From positions 166,348,001 through 166,412,000 of the forward strand of contig CM059425.1 of assembly GCA_030390025.1 (NCBI GenBank): 64,000 bases of DNA. Reading direction: 5' to 3'. Below are positions 1 to 8,905 of this stretch, piece after piece. The notes under the pieces are model-generated. The model saw only the letters and a list, made by a program, of their open reading frames with translations. It was not told the DNA's origin and made no database searches. Position 1 is the first letter of the stretch. Every line of letters starts with the position of its first letter. This DNA comes from Squalus acanthias (Eukaryota). The position numbers and the translations under genes are program-made.

Positions 1-423
1 GATGTCACAATCTGCCTCATCTAAATGTGCGGAGCGAGCACTGGCAACGGCAGCGGTGCCGATGTCCCAAAAATGGCGGCTGCTGCGGGACCCGCCAGAA
101 GCGAGCGGAAGCGAGGTGGCTGCCATTTTCTTCAGCAAAACATGCCTTAACGGCCAGCGCTAAACCAACAAATTTCACGGCCCCATGTCTTCGGTGAGAA
201 GCTGGAGCCAATTTGCTGGTCAGGCTTCATTTGCATCTGATTGGTGAGCTGTGAGCACTGAACCACCCCAGACAGGCAGCTCGCCAGTTGTGGTGGTGGG
301 GGGCGGGGGCAGAATTCGGCAGCTCCTCTGTGGAGCCAAGCCATACATAGAAAATAGAACAGTACAGCACAGTACAGGCCCTTCGGCCCTCGATGTTGTG
401 CCGAGCATTGTCCGAGACCAAGA

Positions 424-993
424 TCAAGCTATCACACTCCCTATCACTCTGGTGTGCTCCATGTGCTTATCCAATAACCGCTTGAAAGTTCCTAAAGTGT
501 CCGACTCCACTATCACAGCAGGCAGTCCATTCCACACCCCAACCACTCTCTGAGTAAAGAATCTACCTCGGACATCCCTTTTATATCTCCCCCCATGCAC
601 CTTATAGTTATGCCCCCTTGTAACAGCTGCCTCTACCCGAGGAAATAGTCTCTGAACATCCACTCTATCTATCCCCCTCATCATCTTATAAACCTCTATT
701 AAGTCGCCTCTCATCCTCCTCCTCTCTAAAGAGAAAAGCCCCAACTCCCTCAATCTTTCCTCATAAGACCTCTCCCCCAAACCAGGCAGCATCCTGGTAA
801 ATCTCCTTTGCACTCTTTCCAATGCTTCCACGTCCTTCCTATAGTGAGGTGACCAGAACTGCACACAATATTCCAAATGCGGTCTCACCAAGGTCCTGTA
901 CAGTTGCAGCATAACCTCACGGTTCTTAAACTCAAACCCTCTGTTAATAAACGGCAACACACCATAGGCCTTCTTTACTGCTCTATCCACTTG
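424..993 (-). pseudogene. CR1 ORF2 C-terminal part, downstream of the provirus
   Basis: LYRTLVRPHLEYCVQFWSP, LERVQRRFTR, RGDLIEVYK, FFTQRVV. Confidence 0.93.
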
Positions 994-997
994 AGTC

Positions 998-2706
998 TGT
1001 AAGGGTTTCTCTGAACCTGTGAGATTCGTGTGGCTCTGTGCTTAGCCTGGATGCTAGTGCGAGTTTAGGCCTTGTTGCCTGTTCTGGTCTCCAGCCAGTC
1101 TGGGAGCACTAGACACCTGTGAGTGGTTCGACCCACTCGCCCTTACGGTTCTGACACTGGACTTAGATGCGAGAGCAGTAATGGAGAGAAAACTCAGGTA
1201 GACCCGGTTGAATGGTACGAAATGGAAAATCTTTATTGCATATTATTCAAGATTACGAAATACATGTCATAAGCACAGATTAATGACAGTACAATCTTAC
1301 ACGCAGTTATGTAACTAATTTCAGGGAAACGAGGAACGAACGACACATCATAAATGGGGGCACACATTACAGTTATCCTTAAAACTTAAACCCTCCCCTA
1401 TCAATACCTGCTCTAAACTAGACTGGTAGGATCGAGACTCATGCTCACCACTCGTGATAACTCGGAGAATTCCGAAAACTCTGATCGGATGTTTTTCACC
1501 GCAGCACCTGATCACCCACGTGTTGGTCAGGGGTCTCTGTACCCCACTTGTTTACTCGTTTCTGCTCCGGCTAGCAGGCTGGACCGTCTGCTGTCATGAA
1601 GATCTGTGTTGTCCTCGGAGTTCCGACACTACTCAAAGAAGAGTCTTCCTGTGCCCTCGCACTGATGCGATAAAATTCGAAGAATAGTCTTCCTGCCAGT
1701 TCTGTAAAATTCAAAGATGGTCTTCCTGGGCAAGGAAAGTGTCTATTCGACCTACAGGCGCGGTCGGGGCTTACTGACCGTGGCGATACGTGTGGTCGTC
1801 TTCTTCTCTTCTCATCTCATCTCATCTCATCTCATCTCGGGCCTTCGGTTCCAACACCGTTTACCGACTTCTCGGGATGGTGTGCCCGTTCCAAGGCTTC
1901 ACAGCCCAGTTCCACACAGATCTTCGCGGCAAGCCACGAGGCAGATCCTGGCGGATCGTAAAGTTCAACAGTCTTTAAAAGCTGCAAGAGGCAGAGACAC
2001 GAGGCAGGTGGCAAGGAGTCGAAAGGATAAGAGCACAAGAGCAGCCACGAGGATAAGAGCCAGCAGGATAAGAGAAAGATGGACGGTTGGAGCTTGCAGT
2101 TATAGTGCAAAACTCTTCCTTTTCCCGCCCAACCTTAATGTCTTTTTCTTTTGTTAGGGTTTGGCGCTCAAATTTCTTGTATAGGGTGATCTCCGTTTTA
2201 ATGGGTTTCGGGGATACTCGTAACTGTCTGAGTACCTGTTAATACTTTTCCAATGTGTAACCCGGTCGGTATTCTCCCTGGAGGGGTTTTGGGGCTTCCA
2301 AATGTTTTCTGTAACTACCCGCTAACGGCTCTCTCATCGTAGAGTCGTGGGGATTTTGCATATTAATGTCTTTGGATGGGTTCTTGATCGCTTGGTACAA
2401 TAGCCCTTATTCGCACCTGGGAGACCGATTTCAGTATTTATGTGTATACTGCAAACCCATAATGTCTCGTGTATTATCTCAAATGTGCTGAGTCTTGATC
2501 GATCTCGCACAAATGTTTATTGGAACGCCATCTTGTCTGCTTGTCGAAAAGTCTAGAATGTTCTGCCACGAGGCGTGGCGGCCATTTTACAGGCTGCTTG
2601 TGTCCACTTTGAAAACCTGACAGCATTCTGCTGAAATAAAGCTGTTTGAACGAAACTATGTGTTTTCTCCTTATTTATAAAATCGCGATATATTGCGAAT
2701 TCTACA
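998..2706 (-). repeat. 3' LTR (1709 bp)
   Basis: Direct repeat of 8906-10613. By eye it differs only by a TG/CA dinucleotide near 2008 and a 1-bp indel near 2551. Preceded by a purine tract. Confidence 0.97.
1232..1237 (-). terminator. Candidate LTR polyadenylation signal AATAAA (copy at 9140-9145)
   Basis: TTTATT on the plus strand, about 235 nt from the U5 end. Confidence 0.55.
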
Positions 2707-2717
2707 GTCCCTCCTGT
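2707..2717 (-). promoter_or_regulatory. Polypurine tract
   Basis: Minus strand (AC)AGGAGGGAC directly abutting the TG of the 3' LTR. Confidence 0.7.
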
Positions 2718-3152
2718 TGATGCGAATAACTCCGCTTATCGTATCAAAAATATTGTGGTGAGCAATATTATCTCGATTTCTCCAGATCCAGAAAATTAAT
2801 CCCCATAACTTAAACTATCTAGGGTCTTTGCGTCGTCCTTATTTCCCAAGGAAATTACATTCTTATAACACCGCAGGCATTATTTGCCTTTAAACTTACA
2901 CCACTTGTTTTCCTTCCAGGCGTAACCAGGCCGATGCCTCTCGTATCACCTGTATATTCACATTTTTTATTTAGGGAAAGGAAAAACAAAACAAAACCAA
3001 ACAATCATCTTCAACAACAACATCACCAAAATAATCAAAACCAACTCTTAAACATGTCGAGTTCCAAACGTATTTACAGTTTCTGAAAAATCACGATCAA
3101 TTACAACACTTCCGAGGCGCACGTGGCAAACGGGAGTGACGCCATTTTCCGA

Positions 3153-5504
3153 TTACACGGTGCTTTCATCGTGCACGCGCACGTAACGTTCTCGCCACTC
3201 TCCCGTGTTTTCGTTCTTGGTGAGGCGTTTGCCTCTCTTACAATGTACGACCAATAAGTATACCACAATAAACACTTGGCATACAACTAAAATGTGGGAG
3301 GCTATTCTAATCCAGGACGGCACTTCAATGTTGGTGAACAGATTCCACCACGGTGGAATTACTATGTCCAGAATGTCTGTCCCTATTTCGACAGTTTTCT
3401 GCTCGAGTGTGTAAAAATGTTTTTGTGACACCGTGGCGGCTTTTAAAAGTTTGGTGAGGTGTTCAGGGAGAGGGGGAATGAGGTATCCGAAATGCGCGAC
3501 GAATCGCTGCAGGTCGGTGAAGTTCTCTTTTACGGTGAGATGAACCGTGGATGGTTCAGGGATTGGGACAATTCGCTGTTGTGCTACTTGAACTTCCGCC
3601 CTGGGTTTGAAACAGAAACTGCTGTCACTCACTGGACACCGGCTACGGTTTCCATGTTGGTAGTGTTGCACTGCAGTGGTAACACAATATGTTCCACCCC
3701 CGATGTATGCTACCTGCGGAGGCACATGATCTTGTGCCATTGCCTCCATGGTGCAATTCATGGACTTGGCGCCAGCCGTTCTGAACCCGCACTGTGGTGT
3801 TAAAAAGGCATTCAAGTGCTGGGGACACAGTATTATGTGTGCTCCCCTGCCACGACAACCAGAGAGATCTGTACCTGTCATCGTTTGCTCCCAGCGGATG
3901 ACGTAGGGTGGAACCGCTGCATAGCGAATGTGGGCTCCCCCCTGAATGACACCAATGTTCTCTACCCGATACACCGGGGCGGGCTTTGCTGTGTCGCCCA
4001 AAACCGGCATACGTAATACTATACCCATGATAGTATGGTTTGATCGTCCGCAGTCCACGGGGACTGGGTATGCTTCTGAAGCTAGCCTGAGCTGGCACGG
4101 GCTTAATGCGTTCTGAAAAGGGTGGAGCGCCCGCAGGTGTTTGTTACTTATCCAGGACGGGACCAAACCTTGTTTTAAATCCTCCAAATTACTGCGGCCC
4201 TCGCCCAGTAACCACGCCCCGTAAAGCACGCACACCTCGTTCTGCGCAGCTTGATCGGATGCATTCCAATCTTCCCTAATCAGGGCATTTACCGTTCTCG
4301 CGTGTTTCTCTAGTTCAGCTATTATTTCTTTTAAATGGAGAGTCATGGCTTGGTCCTCGTGTAAACCCGACCCAACCACTTTATTTTCATCTGTGAGAAT
4401 GTCTTTTAATTGCGTTTTTAAGCCATTAATCTGGGTCTGCAGCTCCATGCTGTCTAGAGCGTTGACCACAGATGTACCTGTGTTGAAAGCAGTGAACGCG
4501 TCGTTCACAACACCCCTTCTTTTCCTCCCCACCTGATCCAAAACTTCATGTGGTGCGGTGTACAAACTTGTTTTATCAATTTCCGCGAAATCGAATTCAT
4601 AGAATTGTCTGAACATCTTGGTCAACAGGACCTGATATAACTGTTCCGTCTTTTTGGGGCATCACTCTGGTAACCGCACCTCGGTGAGATTTAAAATCAC
4701 CGAGGCCACCGCGTAATGTACCCCCTGAAATAGTATCTGGTCTGTGGGGACCAGTACCAAACCATTCCCGGGTCCCTTACTGGTTTTAGGGCACCCTTCT
4801 TCCTTAGCTAGAACCACCGGAATCGTGGGCGGGGCTTTGCGTGGGCGCGTAATGAGTTCAGTGGCATTTACTGGGATCGGGGAGAATGGGGCCCCGCACC
4901 CCCTGGTGCTCGCATCCCACCTCATCCCCTATCCGTTATCCTGCCATTGATTAATGAAAAATATGGAGATGCCTTTGGGGCAAACGTACTTTGACCCCCA
5001 CATACATACATAAATTCCCTCATCCGGTTCCCACCATTTGTCCCAACAGACTCTCACTTGTCCGTTTGTCCCCGTAATTGTCCGATGGGTATTATTACCC
5101 AGTCGTTCCCACTCGACCGAAGAGTTCCTCATGTTTTTGCTCAGCTTCCGCAGCCACCACCATCGGCTCAATGGGACATTCCCACTACAAGTCAAACAAA
5201 TCCGTTTGCCGACGGTGACGCTGATCCTGGGTGCGATGATCCTTACTTTGGGGCACAGTAAAGAAGTCTCTTGGTAGGCAAACCCCGATGTGCTGGAATA
5301 CTCCGTTGAGTTCGTTCCCAGCCATCCTGGCCACCTTCCCTTGTGGAAATAGGTGGTGGTCTCCTCAGCCTCCCGTCTTCCGGTCCCATCCACCGCGATG
5401 GGGGCCGTGTCCCCGGAGCATCCAAACACCACAACATCCTTGGTGCGGCCTCGATAGGCCAATCCGCATCCGATTGCCGCGAGCAATACTAGAATTCGTT
5501 TCAT
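3153..5504 (-). pseudogene. env: env: signal peptide + Ig-like domain + F-type class I fusion glycoprotein; two in-frame stops (TAG 4929-4931, TGA 4662-4664)
   Basis: ORFs 4929-5663, 4662-4925 and 3153-4625 share one frame. Signal peptide MKRILVLLAAIGCGLA (ATG at 5504); Ig pattern CLTC..WWW..DEGIYVC; furin site RKRR (4515-4526) followed by a hydrophobic fusion peptide and heptad repeat; Cys-rich domain; TM segment ILVVCQVFIVVYLLVV; short basic tail. Confidence 0.88.
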
Positions 5505-5805
5505 CCTTCCTTGGTTCCTGTGATCAGATAGAATGAGGTAGCCAGCCTCGCAAGAGTCTCTGGCTTTTGTGAAGGGTGAGCGGGTCCCCTGACCTCGCCT
5601 CACGTAAACTTCAATGTTCGCTGGATAAACTTTAACTAAACCTATCTCTAAAACTCCCATCATTTTACCTCTTTTTATTAAACAAAATTAAGCTACCGAC
5701 TTAAACCGATTTAAAACTATAAACTTATAACCTTATACTATAAACCTAGAAACTTATTCTTAACCTTATTACTGTACAGCGCCGCCCGTTCCCAGGGCGG
5801 CCCCT

Positions 5806-7110
5806 TTAAATTCTGAAAAGGCTGCCGCGAGCTCTTCCCGACGGTGGGAGGCCATTGACCCCTCCCTTTGATCTGCCGCAGCCTGTTGCTGCTGCGCTGA
5901 GACTGGGCTCTTCCTGGGCTGCCTTAACCTTGAGTCTACGCCTTGGGACAGTCTGGGGGCTTGACCATACCTTCCTGGGCTGGGGTATCCGACCTGACCT
6001 ACGGAGAGTTACCGGGGGCAGGAATCCCAGGACCGACGGACCGGGTTCCGAGACTTCCACCGTGGCGACCTGTGGTCCCACCACAGTCGCTGGCTCCGCC
6101 TCCCCTGACTCCGCCTCCCTGACCTCGGGACTTGCAGCTTGTGGCACCGCCCTGCTCGGCCCAGCAGGCGGCCCTTCACTCACAGTCCCTACCTCCCCCG
6201 AGGGCAGGACGTTCAAGGCGGGCGGCTCGGGCTCTGAGGCTTCCACCGTCACGCCCTGTGGTCCCACAGCGGCTGGTTCCGCCTCCCCTAGCTCCTCCCC
6301 CCTGTGTTCGGGACCTGCAGCCTCGGTGTCCACCCTGTGTGGATCTCTATCTGCGGCCCCTGTCCCCCCTATACCTGAATCGGGGGCGACCCTTTCGTCC
6401 TCCGATTCCCACTCTCCACTACCTTCACTATCCTCATCTTCGTCGAGTTCCTGGAACTCTCCCTCATCTGACTCCCAACCCCACAAAAATGTTTCACAAT
6501 TTTCCAGGATGTCTCCTTCCCTGATGCAAGCTGCTTTGCCTGCCTGTGTGCCCTGTGGTCCTACCTGGGGCTGCGAGTCCCCACTCGCAGGTTTTGCCCC
6601 TGTGGTTTTCCCTTGTGCACCTGGCTTGTACAGTTTGCACTGGTTTACGTGGAACCACTTAGTGCGCCGAGGTACCTTTACGGCGTATACCATGGGACTC
6701 GCTTTATCTACAATGTTGTAGGGTCCAAAAATGTGCGGGTTAGGTTGATTTGGCTATGATAAATTGACCCTTAGTGTTAGGGGTTGGATTAAATATATGG
6801 GGATAGGATGGGATATGTTAGGGGGAATTAAATACGTGGGGTTAAGGGGGTAGGGTGGGATATGTGTACTGTGGGGATTAAAGCAGGGACCGGGTACTGG
6901 ATTTGGATGATCAGCCATGATCGTATTGAATGGTGGAGCAGGCTCGACGGGCCGAATGGCCTACTCCTGCTCCTAGATTCTATGTTTCTATGTTCCAGAC
7001 TCCCTACTCTGGCGTAGTTTCTGACCATGACCTGGTCTCCTACTTCCCACTCCCGCGTTTTGCGGGGTTCCAGCAACAGGCGATTGCCCTGATGCTGCCT
7101 TCCCATGTTC
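5806..7110 (-). pseudogene. pol: pol remnant: integrase C-terminal GPY/F module plus long acidic/Pro-rich tail, split by a SINE
   Basis: EWEVGDQVMVRNYARVGSLE (about 6995-7055) continues after the SINE as FGPYNIVDKASPMVYAVKVPRRTKWFHVNQCKLY. No protease, RT, RNase H or DDE core is present between the LTRs. Confidence 0.85.
6730..6994 (+). mobile_element. 5'-truncated V-SINE (HE1-like) with CR1-type 3' tail, inside the provirus
   Basis: ATGTGCGGGTTAGGTTGATTTGGCTATGATAAATTGACCCTTAGTGT core. The tail GATCAGCCATGATC...GGCCGAATGGCCTACTCCTGCTCCT...(TTCTATGT)n matches CR1 tails elsewhere in this window. Confidence 0.8.
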
Positions 7111-8901
7111 CCATTGGGTACTATTAGACGGGCCTGTGGCACCTACGGGGCCGGTAGCAACCGCCACTTTTCCATGCGCACTCATGAGGTTACGCATGGC
7201 TCCCAATACTGTTTCGATCTCGTCGGGAGGGATGGGTGCACTAGCTTCCCTACCAGAGACAGGCATCTGGGCTCGGGCTGCGGGATTTTTATCCCTGGAA
7301 TCCTTCCAAGGGTTCCTGCAGTTCTTGCACCAGTGCCCTGTCTTCCCACACCCGTAACAAGCATTACTTGCCTGCGGGGCGCGGTTACCCTCCTGATGCC
7401 ACTCCTTTTGAGCCGGGGCTGCGGGTCGTACCTCATGTACTTTTCGCTTAAGGGGACGTGTTCCCATACCCCTGATATTACGGTACCCTACCGTGAGTCG
7501 ATTTAGGACCGACTCCTCTGTAGTGGCGGGGTCAGTGGGATCAAACCACGCTTTTGCCTGCTCTCTGACGGCTGGCAAACTGTTGGCTACTATACACCTG
7601 AGCCAATGAGTTAAACCGATGCCTGCCACAGCGTCGCGCTCTGGCGCACCTGGGCAGCTACGCTGGTATACTGGCCACAGCCTGTCGGCGAAAACCTTCG
7701 GGGGTTCTCCCTCCATCTGCACTGTCTGTCCCACTCTAACAAACGGACCTTCATCGTCCGTCCCCAATACTTCTAGGACCTCATAGGTCTTAGTTCCCCT
7801 CTTGCTCTCGTCTGAGAGACACTGAAGGATCGAACTACCTAATGAGAATAGCAGCATCTTTGCTGTTTCCCCATCGTCGCAGCCGTTAATGGCTGCGGTT
7901 TGCTCTATCTCCCTAAAATGTACGGAAGGGTCGTCTGACTCGGCCAGCTTCCGTACGTGACTGATCATAACCCTCAGCTGGTGTGAGCTGTGAGGCAACA
8001 CAAGCTGGTTGAGGAGATTCCCTTGTTCCCCATCGTCTCCGTTTGGGCCCCTTTTGATACCCGTGACCGGACACAACGGTCCCGGTTCCACTTCTACCTC
8101 GGTGGGCTCTTTCGTTACTTCTACTACTTCCTCCCTTACCCAGGTTTCCGAATAGCTGGGTGGCGCGGAGGGCGTAGTGGCTAATACTTCCTCTGCTTTG
8201 TTCGGTGGGAATTTCTGAAATTCCTCATCCGCTAGCGGCTGGTGTGCTGACGGACTGATAAGGCACACCATGCCGTGCGCTTTGTTCACGGCCCTTTTAA
8301 GGAGCTCTATTTCCTTTTGGCAGACGCTGTGATCGGCCCCCTGAAATTTATCCTCAAGGGCCATCTTATATGCCGCCCTAACCCCCGTTAAGCTCTCTTC
8401 CTGGGCTTTTATTTGGGCAGCTTGGCGGGCACATCGTTCCTTTAGTCTGCCCTCGCTTAACTTTGCCTCAGTGACCTGGCACTCGAGGTAATCTATTTTT
8501 GCTTTATGGTGGCTGGTGACTACCTGGCGTTCTTGGTGCAACGCATTTAAATTCTTAATGAGCAACTGCCCCCCAGAGACCTTCTCGTCCATTTCCACCT
8601 CTAAATGCCTGATCCGAGCTGCTTGCGCTGTAATGACCTGGTTCGAAATTTGGACTTGTCTTTTATAGCACATTAACCAGACCGCTTTCTCCACTGTCTT
8701 TTTATGTTCCTTGCTATCTGTCCACTTCTCGGCTGCCTCTAGTGGACACTTATCCGCTAGCAGGTCACTTCTCCATTTCTTAGTTAAATTTACTTTTCCG
8801 AACACATAATCTGCTATTTTCTCTTGCATGACATTTCGTACATTCATACCAAAGTCTAACACATTACCCTCTCGCTGCCAGTGTCCTGCCGCGGTCGCCA
8901 T
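6988..8901 (-). CDS. gag: Gag polyprotein (coiled coil, PSAPPSY late domain, capsid-like region, CCHC knuckle); last ~40 codons are out-of-frame read-through across the pol deletion
   Basis: 637-aa ORF starting at the PBS. CYGCGKTGHWCKNC (CX2CX4HX4C) at 7318-7359 and PSAPPSY at 8152-8172. The stop codon is supplied by the antisense SINE tail. Confidence 0.92.
   Translation of the reverse strand: MATAAGHWQREGNVLDFGMNVRNVMQEKIADYVFGKVNLTKKWRSDLLADKCPLEAAEKWTDSKEHKKTVEKAVWLMCYKRQVQISNQVITAQAARIRHLEVEMDEKVSGGQLLIKNLNALHQERQVVTSHHKAKIDYLECQVTEAKLSEGRLKERCARQAAQIKAQEESLTGVRAAYKMALEDKFQGADHSVCQKEIELLKRAVNKAHGMVCLISPSAHQPLADEEFQKFPPNKAEEVLATTPSAPPSYSETWVREEVVEVTKEPTEVEVEPGPLCPVTGIKRGPNGDDGEQGNLLNQLVLPHSSHQLRVMISHVRKLAESDDPSVHFREIEQTAAINGCDDGETAKMLLFSLGSSILQCLSDESKRGTKTYEVLEVLGTDDEGPFVRVGQTVQMEGEPPKVFADRLWPVYQRSCPGAPERDAVAGIGLTHWLRCIVANSLPAVREQAKAWFDPTDPATTEESVLNRLTVGYRNIRGMGTRPLKRKVHEVRPAAPAQKEWHQEGNRAPQASNACYGCGKTGHWCKNCRNPWKDSRDKNPAARAQMPVSGREASAPIPPDEIETVLGAMRNLMSAHGKVAVATGPVGATGPSNSTQWEHGKAASGQSPVAGTPQNAGVGSRRPGHGQKLRQSRESGT
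8883..8900 (-). promoter_or_regulatory. Primer binding site, tRNA-Arg(TCG)
   Basis: Minus strand TGGCGACCGCGGCAGGAC, 5 nt after the LTR end. It is the complement of GTCCTGCCGCGGTCG+CCA, the 3' end of vertebrate tRNA-Arg(TCG) as I recall it. Confidence 0.88.
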
Positions 8902-8905
8902 TTTC

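Noticed and set aside
1119..1140. tRNA gene or B box in the LTR (GAGTGGTTCGACCCACTC)
   Set aside because: Only a T-arm-like hairpin; no A box or cloverleaf.
3130..3150. Second PBS after env (GAAAATGGCGTCAC)
   Set aside because: Not adjacent to an LTR end, and I cannot match it to a tRNA 3' end. It could be a YY1-like motif or chance.
4662..4931. APOBEC-style hypermutation as the proven cause of the env stops
   Set aside because: Only two sites are involved, many Trp codons in gag and env are intact, and a CR1 in this window shows the same TGG-to-TGA change. It cannot be supported without a consensus.
5855..6721. 288-aa plus-strand ORF
   Set aside because: Antisense shadow of the GC-rich integrase tail; low complexity.
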